Origin: Acutalibacteraceae bacterium
GTDB taxonomy: Bacteria; Bacillota; Clostridia; Oscillospirales; Acutalibacteraceae
Assembly: GCA_045652105.1 (NCBI GenBank)
Contig: JAZRTP010000031.1
Coordinates: forward strand, 23,011 to 87,010
Length of the DNA stretch: 64,000 nt
Reading direction: 5' to 3'
Part shown: piece by piece, positions 41,987 through 51,800 of the stretch
Layout of the letters: each line of letters opens with the position of its first letter
How positions within the stretch are numbered: position 1 is the stretch's first letter
Made by a program: the position numbers and the translations under genes
The notes under the pieces: generated by a model
Databases searched by the model: none
Told to the model about the DNA's origin: nothing
What the model saw: only the letters and a program-made list of their open reading frames with translations

Positions 41987-44900
41987 TTATGCCTTCTTGA
42001 CTGAAACAGTAACCTGAGCGTCACCGATTGCAACTGTCTTTGTCAGGTCAGCCTCAATTGAGCCTGAAACAACAACCTCATCTGCAAGAAGCTCGGAAGC
42101 CATATGCTCCTTGCTTTCGGTAACAGCGGAAAGGACGAATTCATTGTCACTTGAAATTGCAACAACAACTCTCTGTTCAACCTCGTAGCCTGCTTCCTTT
42201 CTGATGAGCTGGCACTGACGTACGATGTCGCGGACTGTACCCTCTCTGACAAGAGCGTCAGTGAGAACAACATCAAGAGCAATAACTGTTGAGTCTGCAC
42301 ATTCACCTGAAACAATGCCCTGCTTTGTTTTTGACATAACAGTGAAGATTCCGCCGTCGTAAGCTTCTTCAAAGCCGGCAACAAGAACCTGTTCACCTGC
42401 CTTGACCTTAGCTGTGTAAGCTGCCATTTCTTCAGCAGTTGCATTTTCAAGAGCCTGCTTCATCTTGTTGACATTCTGCTTGAGAACAGCACCTGCAACC
42501 TTGAAGTTGACAGTAAGATAATTATCTTCAAGAACACTGCTGTCTGAGATGAATTCCATTGACTTGATGTTAAGCTCATCAAGAATGTTCTTTTCGTAAA
42601 TTCTGATTTTTTCAGCCTTGTCAGCGTCACAGCAGACAAAGAGCTTTGAAAGGGGCTGACGAACCTTGATCTGATGCTCGTTACGAAGTCTCATTGCAGT
42701 TGCAATGATTTCACGTGCAGCAGCTGTGTCAGCAATGATGCCGTCATCCTCGAAGCCTTCAATAACTGTGGGCCAGTCTGAAAGGTGAACTGAAAGCTCA
42801 CTTGAGGGCATTACACGGCGTGTAAGATTCTGCCAGATGCTTTCTGTCATGAAGGGGATGATGGGAGCCATAACCTTCACGCAGGTGTTAAGTGCGGTGA
42901 AGAGGGTCCAGTAAGCAATCATCTTATCCTTTTCGTCACCTGTTTTCCAGAAGCGGCGGCGGTTTGTTCTGATATACCAGTTGGAAATATCATCAACAAA
43001 GATTTCAAATTCCTTGATCAGATTGTATGCCTTGTAATCATCCATCTGAGCGGTTGCCTTGGCAATGAAATCGTTTGTTCTGATGAGAAGCCACTTGTCT
43101 GTGACGGACATTGCACTCTTGTCGGGTGTGTAGCCTTCAAAGTTGGGCTTGTCAATCTTGGCATAGGTTTCAAAGAAGGTGTAAATGTTCCAGAAGGAGA
43201 GAAGCTTTCTTCTTGCCTCATCACCGAGACCGAAGCCGAAGCGGACATCGTTTGCTACGGGGCCGCCTGCATAAAGGTAACGTACGGTATCGGCGCCGAT
43301 TTTTTCAGCTGCCTCGTCAAAGCGGATCATATAGCCTGTTTTTGAGAATTTTTCACCGTTTTCCTGAATAACACTTGAGTGGCAGAGAACTCTTTCATAG
43401 GGAGCCTTGTCCTCAAGAACAGTACTCATAAACAGAAGTGAGTAGAACCAGAGACGAACCTGCTCACGCATTTCAACAACCCACTCAGCGGGGAAATTCT
43501 TTCTCCATTCCTCTTTATCGGTAAAGTAGCCTGTTGTTGAGAAGGGAACAATACCTGCATCAAGCCAGACGTCACCAACATCGGTGATACGCTTAACAGC
43601 GTTCTGACATTTGGGACACTTGATTTCGATTTCGTCAATCCAGGGTCTGTGAAGCTCGGGGAGAGCGTCAACCTTTGCAGGATCAACTGCAAGGCTCTTA
43701 AGCTCTTCAACTGAGCCCACAACGTGAACATTGCCGCATTCCTCACAAACATAGAAGGGAAGGGGCATACCGTAGTAACGCTTACGGGAAATGTTCCAGT
43801 TACCCATATTGTTGAGCCAGTCAAGCATTCTCTTGCCGTTTGATTCAGGCTCCCACTTAACGCTCATTGCGTTTCTGATAAGTCGGGGCTTTAATTCCTC
43901 AGTGGCAATAAACCATGAGGGAACAAGACGGTAGATAAGCTCCTCCTTACATCTCCAGCAAACAGGGTAGCTGTGCTCGTGGGGCTTGATGAGATAAAGC
44001 TTGTCTCTGTTTTTAAGCTCTTCAAAGACCTCGTCAGCAATTGTCTTGCTGTTTTTGCCTGAGAAGAAGCCGAAGCCCTTGAGGAAAATACCCATATCGT
44101 CAACGGGCATAATTTCGGGAAGACCGAGTCTCTTGCCAAGCTCGTTATCCTCTGCACCGCAGCCGGGTGCAATGTGAACAACGCCTGTACCTTCTTCGGC
44201 GTCAACATCTTCCCATGCAACAATGTTGTGCTCAAAGCCCTGCTGAGCCTCAAGCTCGGGGAAGCAGGTTTCGTATTTCTTGCCGACAAGCTCTTCACCC
44301 TTGAACATACGAAGAACCTCAAGCTTGTCCTCACCGAGATACTTGATTGCGTTCTTTGCAAGGATGAGAGTCTTTTCATCACTCTTTACCTTAACCTCAA
44401 CGTAATCGATTTCGGGATTGACTGCAAGGGCAACGTTTGATGAAAGAGTCCAGGGAGTTGTTGTCCAGACAATGATTTTGCTGTTTGTGCCTTCAATGGG
44501 AAGCTTGAAGAAAACAGAATTATGTGTAATTGTTTTGTATGAGCCTGTCATTTCATGCTCTGAAAGTGATGTACCGCAGCGGGGACACCAGGGCATGGGC
44601 TTGTATTCGCGCTTGATCCAGCCGTTATTGTCACAGGTCTTGAGGAAGTGCCAGATTGATGTGATGTTGAGGTCTGTGTTGGTGTAATAGGAATTGTCCC
44701 ACTGCATCCACTGACCGAGTCTCTTTGACTGCTCGGTGATAACACCTGAATACTGCTTTACACGGTCAACGCAGTTCTTTGTGAACTTGTCGATGCCGTA
44801 ATCCTCAATATCCTTTTTGCTTTCAAAGCCGAGTTCCTTTTCAACACCGACTTCAACCCAAAGACCCTGGCTGTCAAAGCCGTTCTGACAGCGGCAGTCA

Positions 44901-45127
44901 TAGCCCTGCATGGATTTGTATCTGATGAAGGTATCCTTGAGGGTACGTCCCCAGGCATGATGGATACCCATAGGGTTGTTTGCGGTAATGGGGCCGTCAA
45001 TGAAACGGAAACGTTCCTTGCCCTTGTTTTTTTCACAGCGCTTGTTGAAGCAATCGTTATCTTCCCAGAACTTCATTACGTCGTGTTCCATGGGGATAAA
45101 GCTGTTGCTTTTTTCAATTTCTGCCAT
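41987..45127 (-). CDS. ileS: Isoleucine--tRNA ligase, type 2 (eukaryote-like) architecture
   Basis: HIGH-type motif PMGIHHAWGR and KMSKS-type motif EKFSKTG. 1046 aa. Confidence 0.9.
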   Translation of the reverse strand: MAEIEKSNSFIPMEHDVMKFWEDNDCFNKRCEKNKGKERFRFIDGPITANNPMGIHHAWGRTLKDTFIRYKSMQGYDCRCQNGFDSQGLWVEVGVEKELGFESKKDIEDYGIDKFTKNCVDRVKQYSGVITEQSKRLGQWMQWDNSYYTNTDLNITSIWHFLKTCDNNGWIKREYKPMPWCPRCGTSLSEHEMTGSYKTITHNSVFFKLPIEGTNSKIIVWTTTPWTLSSNVALAVNPEIDYVEVKVKSDEKTLILAKNAIKYLGEDKLEVLRMFKGEELVGKKYETCFPELEAQQGFEHNIVAWEDVDAEEGTGVVHIAPGCGAEDNELGKRLGLPEIMPVDDMGIFLKGFGFFSGKNSKTIADEVFEELKNRDKLYLIKPHEHSYPVCWRCKEELIYRLVPSWFIATEELKPRLIRNAMSVKWEPESNGKRMLDWLNNMGNWNISRKRYYGMPLPFYVCEECGNVHVVGSVEELKSLAVDPAKVDALPELHRPWIDEIEIKCPKCQNAVKRITDVGDVWLDAGIVPFSTTGYFTDKEEWRKNFPAEWVVEMREQVRLWFYSLLFMSTVLEDKAPYERVLCHSSVIQENGEKFSKTGYMIRFDEAAEKIGADTVRYLYAGGPVANDVRFGFGLGDEARRKLLSFWNIYTFFETYAKIDKPNFEGYTPDKSAMSVTDKWLLIRTNDFIAKATAQMDDYKAYNLIKEFEIFVDDISNWYIRTNRRRFWKTGDEKDKMIAYWTLFTALNTCVKVMAPIIPFMTESIWQNLTRRVMPSSELSVHLSDWPTVIEGFEDDGIIADTAAAREIIATAMRLRNEHQIKVRQPLSKLFVCCDADKAEKIRIYEKNILDELNIKSMEFISDSSVLEDNYLTVNFKVAGAVLKQNVNKMKQALENATAEEMAAYTAKVKAGEQVLVAGFEEAYDGGIFTVMSKTKQGIVSGECADSTVIALDVVLTDALVREGTVRDIVRQCQLIRKEAGYEVEQRVVVAISSDNEFVLSAVTESKEHMASELLADEVVVSGSIEADLTKTVAIGDAQVTVSVKKA

Positions 45128-45192
45128 AATAGTTCCTCCGTTATTTTTGAGTCAGAATATATGCATAATGACTCTATTATATATACTTAGAA

Positions 45193-45221
45193 ATTATACA
45201 ATAGCCGCATATTTTTTGCAA
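45193..45221 (-). promoter_or_regulatory. Sigma-A-like promoter (TTGCAA-17-TATAAT) for ileS
   Basis: Read on the minus strand. The leader to the ATG is only about 65 nt. Confidence 0.55.
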
Positions 45222-45278
45222 GGAGTTTGCCGAAGATTTTATGCATTTTTTTAAAATAAATAACTGTTTATGAAATTC

Positions 45279-45307
45279 TTGACCGTAAAATTTTAATGTG
45301 TTATACT
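45279..45307 (+). promoter_or_regulatory. Sigma-A-like promoter (TTGACC-17-TATACT, TG-extended) for the ceramidase-like gene
   Basis: Hexamers and spacer counted directly. It is followed by a ~145-nt leader. Confidence 0.55.
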
Positions 45308-45455
45308 GAAAGCAGGTCAGAAACCCCTTTTGCACGGTTTGAACGGCTGTACAAGGCCTTGAAAAACGGGGAATACTGACAGAAAAAGCGTGTTTCCGGC
45401 TGTCAGCGGAAGCTGAAAAAGGCCGCAGAAAACGCCTGAAAAGGAGAGAAATTTT

Positions 45456-47177
45456 ATGAAAAAGAAGCTTCTTGCAGTTATTCTCAGCGTTGTTATGCTC
45501 CTTGGTATGAGTGTAACCCCAGTCAGCGCACTTGAAATTTCAGAAAACTTCACATCATTTGCAGAAAAATACCTTCCTCCCGTCATTGAGCTTTTTGTTG
45601 AAAAGGCTGTTGGCGGTCTGACCTCGATTATGAGAGAAAACAAATATTTTCTTTCAGAGGATGAATATACCTATGACAATTTTTATGATGGCACAGAGAG
45701 CTTCATAACCGATGCCGCAGAGGGTGCAAGCTGGTCACTCGGTCAGGCGGATGCAAGCCTTGTTCCTGAAAACTGGCAGGATTATGAGCTTTATCTTGGC
45801 GGTTATATCAGCACAGACAACGGTCTGAGCAATGATGTCAGAGAAATTCTTGACGATATGAAAGTCAGAGTAATTGCTCTCAATGACGGCTCGGGCAGAG
45901 GTACTGCTGTTTTTGCCACAATTGATGCAATCGGCATCACCAACACCGACATAAGACAAATCAGACAGATGCTTTCCGCACTTGCAGAGGAATATAACAT
46001 CAATTCAATCAACATCTATTCCACCCACGCTCATTCAGCAATTGACACTCAGGGTCTGTGGACAAATATTCTCGGCAAATGGCCCGGAAACATCATCGGT
46101 GCAATTGCAGGTCTTGATGTGCTTCAGCAGGGCACTGACAAGGAATATATGGATTTCCTTTTCGGCAAGGTGACGGAAGCTGTCACCGATGCTGTGACAA
46201 ATATGAATGAAGGCACAATGACCTATGCGGTAAAGGATGTGGGCTCAAAGTATTTCTCAAACAGAAACCGACCCACAGCTTCAGCTCTTGACACGGAAAT
46301 CCGCCGCTTCACCTTCACTCCCGACGATGAAGCAATCCGTCCCACAATGATTGTCAACATGAGCGCTCACCCCGATTCAGCGGGTCTTCCCACAGGCTCA
46401 GGTGTCAACGGACACGGACTTTCAGGTGACTATGTTTATTATCTCGGTGAGGTAATAAACGGAGCAGGATATGATTTTATGTTCTTCAACGGTGCAATCT
46501 GCGGAATTTATTCCGAAAGAATCAATGTAAACCATGATGAAAGAATTGAGCTTGCAGCCGATTACGGCAAGGAAATCGGACAGATTGTTCTTTCAATGAC
46601 AAAGAGCTATGATGAGGTTGTTGCCGACGAATATATTATGGGTCTCAACTTCTCTGCTGAGAAAACCGAAGGCACGGGCTATACTCCCTGGTACACAGGC
46701 TGGACAGCTGCTGAGGAGACTGAGCTTGATCCCATCCTCAACATCAGACTTGCAACGGTTGAAATTCACGTTACAAACCCCATCATCAAGCTTGCTGCAA
46801 AGTCAGGTCTTGTGAATTATTCCGTCAAGGTCAAGGGTAAAAATTATTATGTTACAACAGAAATCGGTTATATGGAATGGGGCAAGGATGTCAGAATTGC
46901 AATGGTACCCGGTGAATTCTGCTCAGACCTTGCATTCGGAGGCTCATCTCTGACAGCTGAGGGCAGTTACAGTCACACAGCCTTCAACGGCAGAACACTT
47001 GCAGAAATTTTCGGTGAGGACATCATTGTCTTCGGTCTTGCAAATGATGCTGTCGGTTACATCGTACCCGACAACGATTACAGCATGAGTCTCATCGGCG
47101 GTCATTATCAGGAATCAATTTCCCTGGGTAAAGAAACAGCATCAACCATTATGGCAGCCTTTGAACAGCTTAAATAA
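45456..47177 (+). CDS. Secreted hydrolase, neutral/alkaline-ceramidase-like N-terminal domain family (tentative)
   Basis: Signal peptide MKKKLLAVILSVVMLLGMSVTPVSA. VRVIALNDGSGRGTAVFATIDAIGITNTDIRQIRQ...INIYSTHAHSAIDTQG resembles the ceramidase block (..RA.v...g....v.vs.D........V......isaTHTHsgP). Confidence 0.4.
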   Translation: MKKKLLAVILSVVMLLGMSVTPVSALEISENFTSFAEKYLPPVIELFVEKAVGGLTSIMRENKYFLSEDEYTYDNFYDGTESFITDAAEGASWSLGQADASLVPENWQDYELYLGGYISTDNGLSNDVREILDDMKVRVIALNDGSGRGTAVFATIDAIGITNTDIRQIRQMLSALAEEYNINSINIYSTHAHSAIDTQGLWTNILGKWPGNIIGAIAGLDVLQQGTDKEYMDFLFGKVTEAVTDAVTNMNEGTMTYAVKDVGSKYFSNRNRPTASALDTEIRRFTFTPDDEAIRPTMIVNMSAHPDSAGLPTGSGVNGHGLSGDYVYYLGEVINGAGYDFMFFNGAICGIYSERINVNHDERIELAADYGKEIGQIVLSMTKSYDEVVADEYIMGLNFSAEKTEGTGYTPWYTGWTAAEETELDPILNIRLATVEIHVTNPIIKLAAKSGLVNYSVKVKGKNYYVTTEIGYMEWGKDVRIAMVPGEFCSDLAFGGSSLTAEGSYSHTAFNGRTLAEIFGEDIIVFGLANDAVGYIVPDNDYSMSLIGGHYQESISLGKETASTIMAAFEQLK

Positions 47178-47215
47178 CATAAATTTTTGCCGAGGGTTAA
47201 CGCTTTCGGCAAAAT

Positions 47216-48793
47216 TTGCTTGAAAGGATTAAGGTGAACAGTTTGGACAACAGCAAAATCAAAGTCAGAATCAAATCAAAGCAGGAGACTCCCTCTGTTA
47301 AAAAAGAGGTTATTATACCCGAAAACACCGAGCCTGAAATCATTCAGGAGGGGAAAAATGAATCGGGTGTGGTGCGTCAGGTGGTTTATCCCGAAAAGCC
47401 CGCTGAGGAAAGGGAAGAGCCTGTTATCAGTGAAAATGAAATCTTTTCTCAGACCGGGGATGAAACTCAGAGGGCTGAGGAAATAAAGTCTGACAGACCG
47501 AAGAACATCATTTTTTATTTCACCGACCAGCAAAGATATGATACCTTCAATGAGGAGGTTATGCCCAATCTTTGTGAAATTTCAAGAGAGGGTATCAGCT
47601 TTGAAAACTGCTTCACCTGTCAGCCTGTCTGCGGTCCGGCACGAGCCTGTCTTCAGTCGGGAGTTTATGCAACTCAGTCCGGCTGTTACCGCAACGGAAT
47701 TTCTCTTCCGAGGGATATGAGCACTCTTGCGGATTTCTTCAATGAGGCGGGTTATGATACCGCTTACATCGGCAAATGGCACCTTGCCTCAGACAAGGAT
47801 TACAAGGGAGAAAAGGAGCCTGTCCCCGAGGAAAGAAGGGGCGGCTACCGCTTCTGGAGGGCAAGTGATGTTCTTGAATTTACCTCTCACGGTTATGACG
47901 GTTATGTTTTTGATGAGAACGGGGAAAGGATTGATTTCAGCGGTTACAGAGCCGACTGCATTAACGATTTTGCCCTTGAATATCTTGATTCAAGAGATAA
48001 AAGCAAGCCCTTTTTTATGTTTGTGTCACAGCTTGAGCCGCATCATCAGAATGACCGCCGCAGATTTGAGGGCTTCAGAGAGACGGTGGACTCTTTCAAA
48101 GATTACCCTGTGCCCGAGGACCTTACATTCCTCAGAGGTAATTATGACAAGCATTATCCCGATTATCTTTCTGCAATTCACAGAGTCGACCATAACCTGG
48201 GCAGACTTGTTGCAAAGCTTAAGGATGAGGGCATTTATGATGACACGGTGATTATTTTCACAAGTGACCACGGATGCCATTTTAAAACAAGAAATGCGGA
48301 ATATAAGCGTTCCTGCCACGACAGCAGCATTCACGTGCCCCTTGTCATCAGAGGCGGCGCTTACACCGGCGGCTTTTCCGATGAGAAGCTTGTCAGTCTC
48401 ATTGACCTCCCCGCAACAATTCTTTCAATTGCAGAAATTGAGGTTCCCGATTATTTTATGGGCAGAGATATTCTCAGAGACAGAGAAAGGGAAGCGGTTT
48501 ATATACAGATAAGTGAGAGTCAGTGTGCAAGAGCGGTCAGAACTCACGAATATACATACTGTGTTGCCCTTTCCGGCTACGGTGTCGGCTTTGCCGTTGC
48601 TGATTCTCCCGTTTATACAGAGGAGTATCTTTATGACAATGTCAGTGACCCTCTGCAGATGAACAATCTTATCAGAGAAAAGGATTATAAAATTGTACGC
48701 TCGGCAATGAGAAAGCTTCTTCTTAAGCAAATGGAGGAGGCTGAGGGCAAAAAGGCATTGATTCTGCCTAATGTTATAACTAAGAAAAAATAA
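47216..48793 (+). CDS. Cys-type sulfatase (arylsulfatase family), apparently cytoplasmic, with an acidic ~95-aa N-terminal extension (start uncertain: TTG 47216 or GTG 47234)
   Basis: FYFTDQQRYD, the signature C-x-P-x-R in CQPVCGPARACLQSG, and TSDHG. No signal peptide is present. No in-frame ATG precedes the catalytic domain. Confidence 0.8.
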   Translation: MLERIKVNSLDNSKIKVRIKSKQETPSVKKEVIIPENTEPEIIQEGKNESGVVRQVVYPEKPAEEREEPVISENEIFSQTGDETQRAEEIKSDRPKNIIFYFTDQQRYDTFNEEVMPNLCEISREGISFENCFTCQPVCGPARACLQSGVYATQSGCYRNGISLPRDMSTLADFFNEAGYDTAYIGKWHLASDKDYKGEKEPVPEERRGGYRFWRASDVLEFTSHGYDGYVFDENGERIDFSGYRADCINDFALEYLDSRDKSKPFFMFVSQLEPHHQNDRRRFEGFRETVDSFKDYPVPEDLTFLRGNYDKHYPDYLSAIHRVDHNLGRLVAKLKDEGIYDDTVIIFTSDHGCHFKTRNAEYKRSCHDSSIHVPLVIRGGAYTGGFSDEKLVSLIDLPATILSIAEIEVPDYFMGRDILRDREREAVYIQISESQCARAVRTHEYTYCVALSGYGVGFAVADSPVYTEEYLYDNVSDPLQMNNLIREKDYKIVRSAMRKLLLKQMEEAEGKKALILPNVITKKK

Positions 48794-48838
48794 AAAAAGA
48801 GCTGTTGCATTTTACTGCAGCGGCCCTTCAAGTGATAG

Positions 48839-48870
48839 AAAAAGCTCCCGAATTTACGGGAGCTTTTTTT
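48839..48870. terminator. Bidirectional rho-independent terminator between the sulfatase gene and purL
   Basis: AAAAAGCTCCCG-AATTTA-CGGGAGCTTTTT. Confidence 0.85.
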
Positions 48871-48874
48871 GTTT

Positions 48875-51800
48875 TTATTTGTTGAAATATTCAACTGCGC
48901 TTCTGAACATCTGAATGTCATATTCACCGGGTACGTTCTTGTAAAGTCCGTCACCGATACGTTCACTGTGTCCCATCTTACCGAATACACGGCCGTCGGG
49001 AGAGGTGATACCCTCAATTGCACAAAGTGAGCCGTTGGGGTTGAAGTCGATGTCTGAGGTTGCATTGCCCTCAAGGTCAACATACTGAGTTGCAATCTGA
49101 CCGTTGGCTGCAAGCTCTTTAATCAGCTCTTCACTTGCAAGGAACTTACCTTCACCGTGAGAAATGGGCACGTTGACAATGTCACCAACATTCATTCTGC
49201 TGAGCCAGGGAGACTTTGTTGAAGCAATTCTTGTGTGCACAATTCTGCTCTGGTGGCGGTTGATGTTGTTGAAGGTGAGAGTGGGGCAGTTTTCATCTGT
49301 GTCAATAATCTTGCCGTAAGGCACAAGACCGAGCTTGATAAGAGCCTGGAAGCCGTTACAGATACCGCACATAAGACCGTCACGGTTGTCAAGAAGGTCA
49401 GTGACAGCTTCCTTGACTGCGGGGTTACGGAAGAATGCGGTGATAAACTTTGCTGAGCCGTCGGGCTCGTCACCGCCTGAGAAGCCACCGGGGATGAAGA
49501 TCATCTGAGCTTCCTTCACCTTTGCGGAGAAGCCTTCAACACTGCGGGCAACATCCTCTGCAGTGAGGTTTCTGATGACAAAGATTTCAGCCTCTGCACC
49601 GGCCTTTTCAACTGCACGTGCTGAATCGTATTCACAGTTTGTGCCGGGGAATACGGGGATGAGCACCTTGGGTCTTACGGTCTTGTTTGCGGGCTTGAGT
49701 TCACATTTGCCGTCAAAGGAATAAGTGGGGATTTCACCCTTGTCTTCTTTTGCCTTTGTGGGATATACGTTTTCAAGGGTTTCTGTATGTAACTTGTAAA
49801 GCTCAGAAATTTCTGCGCTGTCATCTTCAAGAACAATTACGGGCTCGGCTGTTGTTTCACCGATTTTCATCACGCCGGGAAGAGAAACCTCTTCTGTAAG
49901 CTCAGCAACAATGAAGCCCCACAGACCGAGATGCCAGTTTTCCTTAAGCTGTGCACTTGATTTGAAGCCGATGTTGTTGCCGAAGGACATCTTCATAACA
50001 GCTTCACCGATGCCTCTTTCAACTGCCCAGGATGCCTTTACCTTACCTTCCTTGCAAAGAGCGTGGAAGGCTTCCCAGGTCTTCTTAAGGCTGTCTGCAG
50101 TTTCATCAGTGCCGCCGAAAAGGTAAACGGGATTGCCTGCCTGCTTGAATTCGGGGCTGATAACATCCTGCTTGCTGATGGGAGCAATTGCAAAGGAAAT
50201 GAGTGTGGGAGGAACATCCTTGTCAAGGAAGCTGCCTGACATTGAGTCCTTACCGCCGATTGCAGCTGCACCAAGCTCCAGCTGAGCATCAAGAGCACCG
50301 AGAAGAGCAGCAAAGGGCTTGCCCCAGCGCTCAGGCTCTGTCTTGAGCTTTTCAAAGAACTCCTGAAGGGTAAGATATGCCTTCTTATAATCACAGCCTG
50401 CGGCAACAAGCTTTGCAACGGAGTTATAAATTGCTGCGTGAGCACCTGTATAGGGATCAACTGAAAGGTGATCGGGATCACAGCCCCAGCTGAATACACT
50501 TGCCTGATCTGTTTCCTGACCGGGAAGCACGGGGAATACGGCAGCCATTGACTGAGCGGGAGTCAGCTGACGCTTACCGCCATAGGGCATAATAACGCTG
50601 CCTGCACCGATTGTTGAGTCAAAGCGCTCAACAAGGCCTCTCTGGCTTGCGGTGCGAAGGTCGGATGCCATTTCACGCAATGAGGCAAACATTGCCTTTT
50701 TGAGAACTGAAAGGTCCTTTTCTGTGACTGAAACCTCTGTGTGCTTCACTGCACCGTTTGTGTCAAGGAATTCACGGCTGAGGTCGGCAATGATGTTGCC
50801 CTTCCATTTCATAACCATGCGCTCCTGCTCGGTTACAACGGCAACACGGTAAGCCTCAAGGTTCTCCTGCTGAGCAAAGGCAATGAACTTGTCTGCATCC
50901 TCGGGAGCAACAACAACTGCCATACGCTCCTGAGATTCGGAGATTGCAATTTCTGTTCCGTCAAGACCTTCATATTTCTTACGTACTGCATCAAGGTCAA
51001 TCTGAAGACCGGGTGCAAGCTCACCGATTGCAACGGACACACCGCCTGCACCGAAGTCGTTACAGCGCTTGATGAGACGTGTTACTTCAGCATTGCGGAA
51101 AAGTCTCTGAATCTTTCTTTCCTCGGGAGCATTACCCTTCTGAACCTCAGATGCCATTGTTGCAAGGGATTTCATGTTGTGGCTCTTTGATGAGCCTGTG
51201 GCACCGCCGATGCCGTCACGGCCTGTTCGTCCGCCGAGAAGAACAATGATGTCTCCGGGTGCGGGACGCTCACGGCGTACATTATAAGCGGGAGCGGCAG
51301 CAACAACTGCACCGCATTCAAGGCGCTTTGCAACGAAGCCCTCGTGATACATTTCTGCAACATGACCTGTTGCAAGACCGATCTGGTTACCGTATGAGGA
51401 ATAACCTGCAGCGGCAGTCTGACAGATTTTGCGCTGAGGAAGCTTACCTGCCATTGTTTCGGCAAAGCTCTTTCTCGGGTCGCCTGCACCTGTGACGCGC
51501 ATTGCCTGATGAACGTATGCACGGCCTGAAAGGGGATCTCGGATGCATCCGCCGATACAGGTTGCAGCGCCGCCGAAGGGCTCAATTTCTGTGGGATGGT
51601 TGTGGGTTTCGTTCTTGAACATAAGAAGCCAGTCCTGATCCTCACCGTTCACTGTTGCAGTAACGTGAATTGAGCAGGCGTTGATTTCTTCACTTTCGTC
51701 AAGCTCGGGAAGCATACCTCTCTTTTTGAGAGTCTTGGTGCCGATGGTTGCAATGTCCATAAGTGTCTGAGGACGTGCTGCAGCCTTTTCTTCACCGTAA

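Noticed and set aside
45128-45330. T-box leader expected upstream of ileS (and likewise upstream of proS at 41842..41986)
   Set aside because: The distance from the best promoter to the ATG is only ~65 nt. I found no GGUGGUACCGCG-like T-box sequence and no specifier-loop architecture.
47358-47486. 42-codon out-of-frame ORF with a strong AGGAGGGG SD inside the 5' region of the sulfatase gene
   Set aside because: Its translation is Arg/Lys/Leu-rich with no motif and it lies fully inside the longer sulfatase frame. It is probably a chance ORF. I note it only because the sulfatase start is itself uncertain.
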